NCBI GenBank assembly: GCA_022711495.1 | Contig: JAKLEX010000001.1 | Coordinates: 87,058 to 151,057, forward strand | Direction: 5' to 3' | Origin: Patescibacteria group bacterium | GTDB taxonomy: Bacteria; Patescibacteriota; Minisyncoccia; Phycocordibacterales; JAACPR01 | Length of the DNA: 64,000 nt | Shown: in pieces, positions 46,849 to 56,032 of the stretch | Numbering within the stretch: the stretch's first letter is position 1 | Layout of the letters: each line of letters opens with the position of its first letter | The notes under the pieces: generated by a model | Database searches by the model: none | What the model was told of the DNA's origin: nothing | Seen by the model: only the letters and a program-made list of their open reading frames with translations | Program-made: the position numbers and the translations under genes

Positions 46849-47445
46849 ATGAGAAGAGAACAGACACTAGTGATTATTAAACCAGATGGGATACAGCGAA
46901 CTTTAATAGGGGAAATAATTCATCGGCTTGAAAGAATCGGCCTTAAGTTGGTGGCCATGAAGATGCTTGTGCCGGACAAAAAGCACGTTGAGAAACACTA
47001 CACTTTGGATCCGGAGTGGATTGAAAAAGTCGGGCAAAAGACGATTGACTCTTACAAAAGCAAAGGACATAAGCCCATAGATACTGATCCAATCAGTGCT
47101 GGCAAAAGGATTTTGGGAATTTTAGTTCACTATATGACTTTTGGTCCAGTTGTGGCTATGGTTTGGCAAGGAGGTCACGCGGTTGAAATAGTACGAAAAC
47201 TGGTCGGCGGCACGGAGCCACTGACTTCTGATGTGGGGACAATTCGGGGAGATTTCGTTTTGGATTCTTACATGATTGCTGATATTTCCGGTCGCGGAGT
47301 TCGTAATCTTCTTCACGCCTCCAGTTCCGTTGCCGACGCCCAAAAGGAAATTGAACTGTGGTTTGATAAAAAAGAAATCGTTAATTATCGTCTGGTTCAA
47401 GAGCAGATACTATACGACGTTAACCTTGACGGAATTCTAGAATAA
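46849..47445 (+). CDS. ndk: Nucleoside-diphosphate kinase (long form with an insertion)
   Basis: TLVIIKPDGIQRTLIGEIIHRLE...; active-site NLLHASSS (His); 198 aa. Confidence 0.75.
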   Translation: MRREQTLVIIKPDGIQRTLIGEIIHRLERIGLKLVAMKMLVPDKKHVEKHYTLDPEWIEKVGQKTIDSYKSKGHKPIDTDPISAGKRILGILVHYMTFGPVVAMVWQGGHAVEIVRKLVGGTEPLTSDVGTIRGDFVLDSYMIADISGRGVRNLLHASSSVADAQKEIELWFDKKEIVNYRLVQEQILYDVNLDGILE

Positions 47446-47673
47446 ACTTTTGATAAAGTTAAGATTTGGACGAGTTATCACGCGGGAGTATAATCAATAC
47501 GGGGTCATGTAATGACTTCTAGATTATGGATCCTAATGGAGCCCAATATCGCAATGTACCGTGGTATATTGTTGCGGGCACCAACTTGATTACAAGCTAG
47601 GGTCTCATTACTTGGCCCTCATCAAAAATATCAACGATACCCGTCGTTGGTATTTTTGTTATAATTCAGTTCA

Positions 47674-48075
47674 ATGCTTTATCGGAAATGGCTTTTCAAA
47701 GAAATTGTTTTCTTGTCAGTGGTGATTGCTGTCGCGCACTATTACGCCAGTCTGAATTCGCTGTACTGGTCTATTGATTGGTTTGATATTCCAATGCATT
47801 TTTTCGGAGGGCTTTTGATGGGGCTCATCGCCTTGTTTGCTTTTTTTACTAGTGGCAAAATCCACTTGCCCCAGACTAATCGGGTAGTTATTTTTAGTAT
47901 AACCGTAAGCTTTGTTTTGATTATCGGCCTGTTTTGGGAATTATGGGAACTATTCGCCGGCTTATCTAGCGTTTTGAACGATTTGGGGGATACCATTCTT
48001 GACTTGGTCATGGACACTGTCGGGGCGATCGTCGCGTATCTTTTTGCGGTTAATAGAATATGGATAAGAAACTGA
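47674..48075 (+). CDS. VanZ-like small membrane protein (hypothetical)
   Basis: 4 TM segments; DIPMHFFGG and C-terminal E...LNDLGD..LD...DTVGA resemble VanZ-family motifs. Confidence 0.35.
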   Translation: MLYRKWLFKEIVFLSVVIAVAHYYASLNSLYWSIDWFDIPMHFFGGLLMGLIALFAFFTSGKIHLPQTNRVVIFSITVSFVLIIGLFWELWELFAGLSSVLNDLGDTILDLVMDTVGAIVAYLFAVNRIWIRN

Positions 48076-49436
48076 AGTTGCATTTTTATAGTGGAACCGG
48101 GACGGTAACCGGGGCTAACTTTTTGCTGGAAAATTCCGATGTGCGCATTTTAGTGGATTGTGGTCTGACACAGGGGCAACGCTTTGAGTCGGAAAATGAT
48201 CCTAATCGCCGCCCTTTTCCATATGATCCAAAAGACATTGATTATCTTTTTATTACTCACGCGCATATTGATCACATTGGGCGCGTTCCTAAATTGGTGA
48301 AAGACGGTTTCTCGGGAAAGATAATCTCTACTCCGACGACTAGAGAAATCTCCGCGGTCATGCTTGATGACGCCGCTTCAATAAATGAAGAAGAGTCCAG
48401 AAAAAACAATCTGGTTCCGCTTTATGAGAAAAAAGATGTTGAAGGCGCTTTGTCAATTTGGGAAACCCTGAATTATCACACGGAGATGAAATTGAATGAC
48501 GACTTCTCCGTTATTTTGAAAGATGCTGGCCACATTCTTGGTTCTGCCATGATCTGTCTCACCGAACGCGAAAGTGGCAATAAAATTGTCTTTACCGGTG
48601 ATTTGGGCAATACACCGACACCTCTTATGAAAGATACCGAGGATATTACTGACGCGAACTATCTGATCATGGAAAGCACTTATGGAGATCGCAATCACGA
48701 GAGCAAAGATTTGAGATTGTCAAAATTAAAAGAGGTTTTGACCACTATAATCCAAAGAAAGGGCACTTTATTAATACCGGTTTTTTCTTTGGAAAAAACC
48801 CAAGTTCTTTTGCATGAGATGAATCACCTTATTGAGGGCGGAGAAATTCCTCAAGTGCCGGTATTTTTTGATTCGCCCCTGGGAATTAGATTGACTGATA
48901 TATATGCTAAACAATTCAAAAACTTTAACGAAAAAGTCCAGGCCAGAATATTAGCTGGAGACGACATTTTTGATTTTCCAAAATTGATTCGAACCTATTC
49001 CAAACTTGAATCCAAGCAAATTTATAAAGTTCCCGGACCGAAAGTCATCATCGCCAGTTCCGGCATGAGTTCGGGCGGGAGAATAATTTGGCACGAAAAA
49101 GAATATCTGCCCGATCCAAAAAACGCCATTTTATTTATTGGTTTTCAGGCGTTAGGGACGATCGGTCGCGCCATTGAAGAGGGCTCTCGCGAGGTTAAAA
49201 TTGAGGGCGAAAGGGTGCCGGTCAAAGCTCAGATTTTTACTGTTTCTGGGTATTCCTCACACAAAGATTCTGACGGCCTGGTGGATTTCGTTTCAAAGTC
49301 CGCGCCGACACTTAAAAAAGTTTTTACGGTAATGGGTGAACCTAAAGCGACGATGTTCTTGGCGCAGAGACTAAGAGATAATTTAAATGTTGAGGCGGTC
49401 CATCCGCGCGAGGGACAGATCGTGGAATTGGAGTAG
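48060..49436 (+). CDS. MBL-fold RNA-metabolising hydrolase (beta-CASP family, RNase J/CPSF-like)
   Basis: HAHIDHIGRVP (HxHxDH), downstream Asp/His motifs, beta-CASP region, 458 aa. Confidence 0.7.
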   Translation: MDKKLKLHFYSGTGTVTGANFLLENSDVRILVDCGLTQGQRFESENDPNRRPFPYDPKDIDYLFITHAHIDHIGRVPKLVKDGFSGKIISTPTTREISAVMLDDAASINEEESRKNNLVPLYEKKDVEGALSIWETLNYHTEMKLNDDFSVILKDAGHILGSAMICLTERESGNKIVFTGDLGNTPTPLMKDTEDITDANYLIMESTYGDRNHESKDLRLSKLKEVLTTIIQRKGTLLIPVFSLEKTQVLLHEMNHLIEGGEIPQVPVFFDSPLGIRLTDIYAKQFKNFNEKVQARILAGDDIFDFPKLIRTYSKLESKQIYKVPGPKVIIASSGMSSGGRIIWHEKEYLPDPKNAILFIGFQALGTIGRAIEEGSREVKIEGERVPVKAQIFTVSGYSSHKDSDGLVDFVSKSAPTLKKVFTVMGEPKATMFLAQRLRDNLNVEAVHPREGQIVELE

Positions 49437-49450
49437 TAATTTAAATATTT

Positions 49451-49795
49451 CTATTTTACCTTCTCAACGATTTTTGCCAGAATCTCCGGATTTTTCTCGG
49501 CCATTTCAGCTAAGACTTTTCGATTTAGTTCAATTTTATTCTTTTTCAAGAGACCGATGAATTTGCTGTATGAAATGCCAAGGGGACGAATACCGGCATT
49601 AATCTTTGTGTTCCATAGCCCGCGGAAATTTCTTTTCTTATTTCTTCTGTCGCGGAAAGCTGTTTGACCGGCCTTGCGAATGGCCGTATTGGCCATTCTT
49701 TCTTTGGACTTTCTGCCAAAACGAAAACCTTTAACCTGTTTTAAAACATTTCTTCTTCTCTTATTGGAAATTGTTCCTCTTTTTACGCGTGACAT
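49451..49795 (-). CDS. rplT: 50S ribosomal protein L20
   Basis: MSRVKRGTISNKRRRNVLKQVKGFRFGRK...AFRDRRNKKRNFRGLW. Confidence 0.9.
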   Translation of the reverse strand: MSRVKRGTISNKRRRNVLKQVKGFRFGRKSKERMANTAIRKAGQTAFRDRRNKKRNFRGLWNTKINAGIRPLGISYSKFIGLLKKNKIELNRKVLAEMAEKNPEILAKIVEKVK

Positions 49796-49798
49796 GAT

Positions 49799-49984
49799 TT
49801 ATCTATTAGGCAGAAATCGCGCCTTTTGTTTATTAGTGATAAAAAATACTTTCATTCGTTTCTTGTTCATTTGTTGAGCCCGGCTTTCTTTGGCGTTAAA
49901 GTGATTCTGCCCCGGTCTTCGGCCGATTATTTTGCCCTTTTTAGTCACCTTAAGTCTCTTTGAATATGATTTATTTGTTTTCAT
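49799..49984 (-). CDS. rpmI: 50S ribosomal protein L35
   Basis: 61 aa, basic; KTNKSYSKRLKVTKKGKIIGRRPGQNHF; sits between infC and rplT. Confidence 0.75.
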   Translation of the reverse strand: MKTNKSYSKRLKVTKKGKIIGRRPGQNHFNAKESRAQQMNKKRMKVFFITNKQKARFLPNR

Positions 49985-50496
49985 TTTTTCTCTATTATCA
50001 TTGACAACCCTTTTGGATCTTTTCTGGCTGCGACAGATTCTCTGTATTCAACGGCGACCAGCTTCAATAATCTTTTTAGTCTTTCTTTCAAGAAGTTTTC
50101 GTCCATATACTTGGTTCTGCCCGGCAAAAACAGTTCAACTTTGACTCGGTGCCCCTCCGTTAACCACTCGGAAGTTTTTTTGGCCTTGATTCCAAGATCA
50201 TTTTCATCCGTGCCTATCTTAATTTGGACAGATTTGACCTCTACACTGTGAGACTTGGCTCTGGCGCTTTTCTGTTTCTTCTTTTGCTCGTACAAGAATT
50301 TACCATAGTCCGAGATCTTTGCAACTGGCGGAATGGCGCTACCCGATATCTCTATCAAATCAAGCCCCGCTTCTTTGGCTTTTCCCAAGGCTTCAGTTAG
50401 AGATATTACCCCAACGTTTTCACCGAGCGGGCCGATGACGCGCAGTTCTTTCGCGCGTATTTGCTCGTTTATTCTGATTTTGATTTGTCTTACCAA
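49981..50496 (-). CDS. infC: Translation initiation factor IF-3
   Basis: INEQIRAKELRVIGPLGENVGVISLTEALGKAKEAGLDLIEI...KISDYGKFLYEQKK. Confidence 0.85.
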   Translation of the reverse strand: MVRQIKIRINEQIRAKELRVIGPLGENVGVISLTEALGKAKEAGLDLIEISGSAIPPVAKISDYGKFLYEQKKKQKSARAKSHSVEVKSVQIKIGTDENDLGIKAKKTSEWLTEGHRVKVELFLPGRTKYMDENFLKERLKRLLKLVAVEYRESVAARKDPKGLSMIIEKK

Positions 50497-50613
50497 CTTT
50501 CTTTTCTTATTAAAAAATGTTGCTTTAAAGCAACGGTAAACGTCAATTTACCACAATTTTGCCGCTGACGCAATATTCGGAGGTTTGTCGGTGTCGCTTT
50601 ATTTTCTTAACAT

Positions 50614-50640
50614 AAAATCCGCCGGTTAAGGGCGGATTTT
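50614..50640. terminator. Hairpin terminator between the small acidic ORF and infC (minus strand)
   Basis: AAAATCCGCC-GGTTAAG-GGCGGATTTT. Confidence 0.4.
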
Positions 50641-50677
50641 ATGAAGTTTTAGGATATCCTAATTTCTCTATCACTTA

Positions 50678-50830
50678 TTCATCAAATGAAGCGTCGTCAT
50701 CCTCGTCTTCTTCTACCCAAGAGTCCGATTCTTCCGCCGATTCCGAGGTATCTGCTTCAGACTCAGCGCCACTATCAACCATCGCTTCATCTTTCACCTC
50801 CTCGTCCTTTTTTACTTTTTTAGGCATTTT
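50678..50830 (-). CDS. Hypothetical small, highly acidic protein (50 aa; below the ORF-track cutoff)
   Basis: Manual translation of the minus strand: MPKKVKKDEEVKDEAMVDSGAESEADTSESAEESDSWVEEDEDDDASFDE; followed by a hairpin terminator. Confidence 0.3.
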
Positions 50831-51065
50831 CTATACTTAAATTTAGACCAATTTAATAAACGGTACCCGAATAAACCATACCCAAGTCATATTCGGGAGT
50901 ACCAAATATGTTATCACGAAGTTTTTACGGCGCAACTGGAATGGCGATTTGAGGTGATTCCGGCCAATTATAGCGTTCACGCGCGGGCCCATTCATCCAA
51001 GAGGCTTTTTTAAAAAGCCATAAATTGGGTATAATTACCTTTATAGTGTATCTTTCAATATCATA

Positions 51066-53822
51066 ATGGAAAGTTTTAATCTTGAGAAAAAAGTATCATC
51101 ACCGCGGGAAGAGCTTTCTTATTTGCGAGAAAAAATCGCGGGACGAGAGAGAGCTGGTCTTCAAGGCGAGCAAATTCCCGATCGAGAAGCTATTATCCGT
51201 GACGCGTTAGATGAATATTCAAAACAGAATCCGGAGCAAGTTTTTGACAAGAGCTCTGTTATTCCCGAGAAATTCAGGGAAGAGATCGTCTTACGTCTAA
51301 AGCCGGAAGAGCACGACGCCAAAATGTCCGAACTGATCTCTATTGTCTATGAGAAAGGAATTATAAATGCCCTTGATATCATTCAGAGATTAAGAGATCC
51401 GCACCTGACCGACGATTTCCACCGATTTCTCGTGCAATATTTGAAAGAAGGATATAAGGTGACCGGCCTAGAGACAAAGATGTCGCTAAACAAAGCTCTT
51501 AATCGTACATTGTTTGAAGTGTCGCTTGGCTATAGTCGTCAAAAAGAAGATTTTGACCTCAAAAAGTTTTTTGAATTGATGGAACAGTTCTATCTCGGCA
51601 TGTTATCTGTCGCCGATTCTGACGAGGAAGAGTATTTAACTATTGAAATCGCCAACGCCATCGGTAGTCGGGAGTTTATCTTTTATGTTTCTGTTCCGGA
51701 TCCCAAGATAGATTTGTTTGAAAAACAACTAATCTCTGTTTTTCCGGACGCGATGATCAGGGAACAAAAAGACGACTTTAATATTTTTAACGAGAAAGGC
51801 TCCTCCAAAGGAGTCTATCTGGATCAAGAAAAGGCTCCAGCCAGGACCATTAGGACGCATGACACTTTCGGCAGTGATCCGATGAAAGTTTTGCTCAACG
51901 TTTTTTCCAAATTAAAAGAAAAGGAAGAAGCCGCCGCGATTCAGATGATTTTCAAGCCGGTTGGAGATTTTTACTTGAAATATTATCGCAAGGCCTTATC
52001 AAAAGTTGAAAAAGGTGCCAAAGACGCCGAAGAGCTGCATATAAAAAATACCTGGAAGAGCGTTTGGGGTGCCAGAATCTCTAATTTTATAAGTCCCTCT
52101 CCATTTCAAAAAGATTCTCACAAAGACCCAACGCCGGTCAATGTCGATTCAATCTTGCTTGAGAACATCAAGAACAAAACCAGCTCTCCAATTGTCTCAA
52201 CCAACTTGAGGATAATTGTCTCAACCGGAACAGAACAGAGAACTTCCGCTGTCTTGAAAGATATTGAATCGGCCTTCAATCAATTTGAAAATACTAACGG
52301 TAATAAATTTAAATTTATTGAATTCAAATCCGGCAAAGAAAGGGAATTGTTCAAGGGCTTCTCTTTTCGGGAGTTCAATCGAGATTATGATTTGCCGTTG
52401 AACATCAAAGAATTGGCGACGGTGATTCATTTTCCATCAGAAGATGCCATAAGTTCTCCAGAGCTGAAGACCAACAAGATGAAAACCAGTTCCGCTCCTT
52501 TGACTATCCCGAAGGCCGGCATTTACCTTGGTAAAAACGTCCATAGAAATATGGAGACCGATATTTATTTCGCGCCCGAAGACAGAATGCGTCACTTTTA
52601 CGTCATTGGTCAGACCGGCACCGGTAAAACCAATCTCTTGAGGAGTATGATAATTCAAGATATTCAGAACGGTGAGGGCGTTTGCATGATTGATCCACAC
52701 GGATCAGATGTTCAAGATGTTCTAGCTAATATTCCGAAAGAGAGATACGGAGATGTTATCTATTTTGATCCGAGTTACACCGACCGGCCGATGGCATTGA
52801 ATATGCTGGAATATGACAGAAAAAAGCCGGAGCAGAAAACTTTCGTGGTCAATGAATTGTTTAGCATTTTCCAGAAATTGTACGGGTCAAATCCGGAAGC
52901 TTTCGGTCCGATGTTTGAACAATATTTTCGAAATGCCACGATGCTGGTTATCGACGACCCAGAAACCGGCTCAACTTTGTTGGATGTCTCTCGTGTTTTG
53001 TCAGACAAGAGTTTCCGCGAATTGAAGTTAAGCCGATGCAAGAATCCGGTCGTCATTCAGTTTTGGCGAGAAATCGCCTCTAAGGCCGGCGGCGAGGCTT
53101 CGTTGGAAAATATCGTGCCTTATATCACCAGCAAGTTTGATGTTTTCTTGGCCAATGAAATTATGCGACCGGTAATCGCCCAAGAAAAATCCAGTTTTAA
53201 TTTCCGCGAAATAATGGATCAGAAGAAGATTCTTTTGGTCAATCTCTCCAAGGGCAATCTCGGAGACACAAACTCTAATCTTATTGGGCTTATCTTGGTT
53301 GGGAAAATTTTGATGGCGGCCCTTTCCAGAGTTGATACTCCCGGAGAAAATTATTCGCCTTTCTATCTTTACATTGATGAGTTCCAAAACGTCACCACGA
53401 ATTCTATTGCCACGATCTTATCCGAAGCTAGAAAATATAAATTATCGCTGAATATTGCTCACCAGTTTATCGCTCAAATTGATGAAAAGATTCGAGATTC
53501 AGTTTTTGGCAACGTCGGCTCTATGGCCGTTTTCCGTGTCGGTTCTGATGACGCGGAGTTTCTGGAAAAACAGTTATCGCCCGTTTTCACGGCCAAAGAC
53601 ATCATGAACATAAATAATTTCAACGCCTATTTGAAAATGCTTTCTGCTGGTGTACCGATTGACGCTTTTAATATAAAAACAGAACCGCCACAGATTGGTA
53701 GTCGTAGCCAAATAGAGCCGTTAAAACAGATGTCCTATATAAAATACGGCCAGGACAGAGTCGTGGTGGAAAATCAGATCATAGAGAAATACAGAAAAGC
53801 TCCGCTGTCGCCCAGGATTTAG
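51066..53822 (+). CDS. Large P-loop NTPase of the VirB4/TraG(VirD4)/HerA-FtsK superfamily with a ~500-aa N-terminal domain of unknown function
   Basis: Walker A FYVIGQTGTGKTNLL, post-P-loop CMIDPHGSD, Walker B YLYIDEFQNV, and C-terminal ARKYKLSLNIAHQFIAQI (the RK...ATQ-type motif of type IV secretion ATPases); no N-terminal TM. Confidence 0.55.
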   Translation: MESFNLEKKVSSPREELSYLREKIAGRERAGLQGEQIPDREAIIRDALDEYSKQNPEQVFDKSSVIPEKFREEIVLRLKPEEHDAKMSELISIVYEKGIINALDIIQRLRDPHLTDDFHRFLVQYLKEGYKVTGLETKMSLNKALNRTLFEVSLGYSRQKEDFDLKKFFELMEQFYLGMLSVADSDEEEYLTIEIANAIGSREFIFYVSVPDPKIDLFEKQLISVFPDAMIREQKDDFNIFNEKGSSKGVYLDQEKAPARTIRTHDTFGSDPMKVLLNVFSKLKEKEEAAAIQMIFKPVGDFYLKYYRKALSKVEKGAKDAEELHIKNTWKSVWGARISNFISPSPFQKDSHKDPTPVNVDSILLENIKNKTSSPIVSTNLRIIVSTGTEQRTSAVLKDIESAFNQFENTNGNKFKFIEFKSGKERELFKGFSFREFNRDYDLPLNIKELATVIHFPSEDAISSPELKTNKMKTSSAPLTIPKAGIYLGKNVHRNMETDIYFAPEDRMRHFYVIGQTGTGKTNLLRSMIIQDIQNGEGVCMIDPHGSDVQDVLANIPKERYGDVIYFDPSYTDRPMALNMLEYDRKKPEQKTFVVNELFSIFQKLYGSNPEAFGPMFEQYFRNATMLVIDDPETGSTLLDVSRVLSDKSFRELKLSRCKNPVVIQFWREIASKAGGEASLENIVPYITSKFDVFLANEIMRPVIAQEKSSFNFREIMDQKKILLVNLSKGNLGDTNSNLIGLILVGKILMAALSRVDTPGENYSPFYLYIDEFQNVTTNSIATILSEARKYKLSLNIAHQFIAQIDEKIRDSVFGNVGSMAVFRVGSDDAEFLEKQLSPVFTAKDIMNINNFNAYLKMLSAGVPIDAFNIKTEPPQIGSRSQIEPLKQMSYIKYGQDRVVVENQIIEKYRKAPLSPRI

Positions 53823-53857
53823 GAGGTAATTGTTTTGATATCGGTTATAATATCGTT

Positions 53858-54844
53858 ATGCGCAGAACACTTATTGCATTTTTTGTAATCGCACTTATTT
53901 TTCCAGTTTCAGCTCTGGCTTCGCAGAATATCTTTTATTATTTTGATAATGCTTACGGGTTAAATAGCTTGAAGAAGAATTATAAAAAAATTGATGTCGT
54001 GGCTCCACAGATATATGAAGTTGGCTACGATCTGGAGGTCTCTAAACCGAAGTCAAAGAAAATTCTTAAAGAAGCCGACAAGAAAAACGTTTCCGTCATG
54101 CCCCTCATTGTTAATGATGACTTTAGCAAGGTGTTGATGTCCGACATTTTGATAAATAATAAGGCGCAAGATAAAATTATTGATTTCATGATCAAAGAAG
54201 CCGAAAAATATGACTATATCGGTTGGCAATTTGATTTTGAAAATATCAATCACTTAGATCGCGACTTGTACACGGCTTTTGTTAAAAAAACTTATCCGCG
54301 GCTGAAAGAGGAAGGACTCCAATTCAGCGTGGCCGTCGTTGTTCGTTCCACGGACTACAATATCAATGATAAAAACCAAGATTGGAGCGGTGCGTACGAT
54401 TACAAAGAACTTTCCAAGAACTCTGACTTTCTGTCGCTGATGACTTATGATGATCCAAATTCAATCGGACCGGTAGCTTCTTTGCCTTATGTGAACAGAA
54501 TCTTGGATTACATGCTAACCCAGGCGCCGGCGGAAAAACTTTCGTTGGGAATTCCGTTTTATTGTTGGCAATGGCAGAATGGAGTCCGAGCTGGAGCGAC
54601 GACTTACAAATTAGCCCAAAAGAATTATAAAAAGGGCAAAAACCGAGATAGAGATTTTGATCCGGTTTTAGGTGCCGAGAAGTTTGAATTCACCAAGGGG
54701 CGAGCGGATTTTGTTATCTGGTGCGACAATGACGAGAGCTTGGAAATTAAGGAGGAAATCATCAAAAATAAGGGCTTGGCCGGTTTTTCAGCTTGGGCTC
54801 TCGGCCAGGAGGATCCGGCCATCTGGAGATATTTGGGGAAATAA
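53858..54844 (+). CDS. Secreted glycoside hydrolase family 18-like protein (chitinase or peptidoglycan-hydrolase-like)
   Basis: Signal peptide; GH18 motifs YIGWQFDFE (degenerate DxxDxDxE with the D-x-E retained), LSLMTYDD (MxYD), SLGIPFY (GxPxYG). Confidence 0.6.
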   Translation: MRRTLIAFFVIALIFPVSALASQNIFYYFDNAYGLNSLKKNYKKIDVVAPQIYEVGYDLEVSKPKSKKILKEADKKNVSVMPLIVNDDFSKVLMSDILINNKAQDKIIDFMIKEAEKYDYIGWQFDFENINHLDRDLYTAFVKKTYPRLKEEGLQFSVAVVVRSTDYNINDKNQDWSGAYDYKELSKNSDFLSLMTYDDPNSIGPVASLPYVNRILDYMLTQAPAEKLSLGIPFYCWQWQNGVRAGATTYKLAQKNYKKGKNRDRDFDPVLGAEKFEFTKGRADFVIWCDNDESLEIKEEIIKNKGLAGFSAWALGQEDPAIWRYLGK

Positions 54845-54881
54845 TTTTGTCGTTATATAATTTAAGCGTAATCAAATCATT

Positions 54882-55058
54882 ATGTCTTTAGATTTTCAAA
54901 AAGGAGATTTTTATCAAAATACACAAAGTTCGGGCGAAGAATTGGGATTTGTGACTAGAATGTTTATAAAATTAGGCGTTGCCAAAGATCAGAGGTCAGC
55001 CAACGTCGCCATGTTAGTTTTCGTTGCCATCTGTTTCGCGCTGATATTGATTTTTTAG
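54882..55058 (+). CDS. Hypothetical tail-anchored small membrane protein (58 aa; below the ORF-track cutoff)
   Basis: Manual translation: MSLDFQKGDFYQNTQSSGEELGFVTRMFIKLGVAKDQRSANVAMLVFVAICFALILIF. Confidence 0.2.
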   Translation: MSLDFQKGDFYQNTQSSGEELGFVTRMFIKLGVAKDQRSANVAMLVFVAICFALILIF

Positions 55059-55108
55059 TTATCAGATGGAGTACTGGGAAAGATTATTAGATGTAATATA
55101 ATAATTGT

Positions 55109-55426
55109 ATGAATTTTGAACTTGAGGATAGCAGACAGAATTTTATTAACCCAAACGCCGCTGACCAGGAAGAGAAAGGCTTTTCTCTGGCCAGTTTTTT
55201 GGTCAAGAAAAAGATTGTAAGCGATTACCGCAAAGCCAATATCTTGTTATTGTCGGTGTCGGTAATAATTATCGTGATTTCTGTTTTAATGGCCTATTTT
55301 GTTTTGCGGCCAGAAAAAGTAGTAAATTATGAAGATCTGCCCTTGAGCGAAAAGATGAAGATTTCGCCCGAACTCAGAGAGACTCTTGATAGAATACAAT
55401 TAGATAATCAAAAATATGGAAACTAA
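55109..55426 (+). CDS. Hypothetical single-pass membrane protein (105 aa)
   Basis: TM ILLLSVSVIIIVISVLMAYFVL; 3' end overlaps the pilin gene start by 11 nt. Confidence 0.3.
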   Translation: MNFELEDSRQNFINPNAADQEEKGFSLASFLVKKKIVSDYRKANILLLSVSVIIIVISVLMAYFVLRPEKVVNYEDLPLSEKMKISPELRETLDRIQLDNQKYGN

Positions 55427-56015
55427 AAAAATAAGAGGTTTTACTTTAATAGAGTTGTTAGTAGTTATCGCCATTATCGCTTTACTATCCAGTATCGTTT
55501 TGACTTCGCTTCAGGATGCCAGACTTAAAGCCCAGGACTCAAAGGTCATCCAGCAGGTTAGAGAATTCCAAAACGCCGTAGCGATTTTTATGGTGGACAA
55601 CAATCATTATCCCAACACGGGACGAGATGTGGGCACAAAGGTTTGCATCGGCCCAGAAAGCGTAGACTGTTATTTTCAGAATGTACACATAGAAACTCGA
55701 CCGGAATCTGATGATTTTACCAGTTTGCTTCCGAAAAGATATTGGGTCGGGGAATGGCTTGTGCCGACAGCTAACGCAGCGAGCATGAGTTCTTATATTG
55801 CCTATAACTTTATAAATGTTCCTTATGTCTACACGGCCGAAGGCAAAACCGGCGGGGGCATTATTTATGAATGTACGGACGAAGATGATACGGGTGATTG
55901 TTCTTCTGCAGTAGTGTATTGGGCCACAGCAAAACCAGTTCAGAAGGGGACCCTTATGGAGGGAACTGAGGGCGTATATTACCAAGACGCCGGCGATCCT
56001 GGATCTGGCTACTAA
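55416..56015 (+). CDS. Type IV pilin-like (prepilin N-terminal methylation/cleavage motif) protein
   Basis: Class III signal: METKKIRG|FTLIELLVVIAIIALLSSIV; 199 aa. Confidence 0.7.
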   Translation: METKKIRGFTLIELLVVIAIIALLSSIVLTSLQDARLKAQDSKVIQQVREFQNAVAIFMVDNNHYPNTGRDVGTKVCIGPESVDCYFQNVHIETRPESDDFTSLLPKRYWVGEWLVPTANAASMSSYIAYNFINVPYVYTAEGKTGGGIIYECTDEDDTGDCSSAVVYWATAKPVQKGTLMEGTEGVYYQDAGDPGSGY

Positions 56016-56032
56016 TAAATCTCTTTAAATAT

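Noticed and set aside
51001-51041. Candidate promoter for the large ATPase (TATAAT at about 51030 after a palindromic GGCTTTTTTAAAAAGCC)
   Set aside because: A -10 hexamer is present, but no convincing -35 or extended -10 could be assigned, so it was not listed as a feature.
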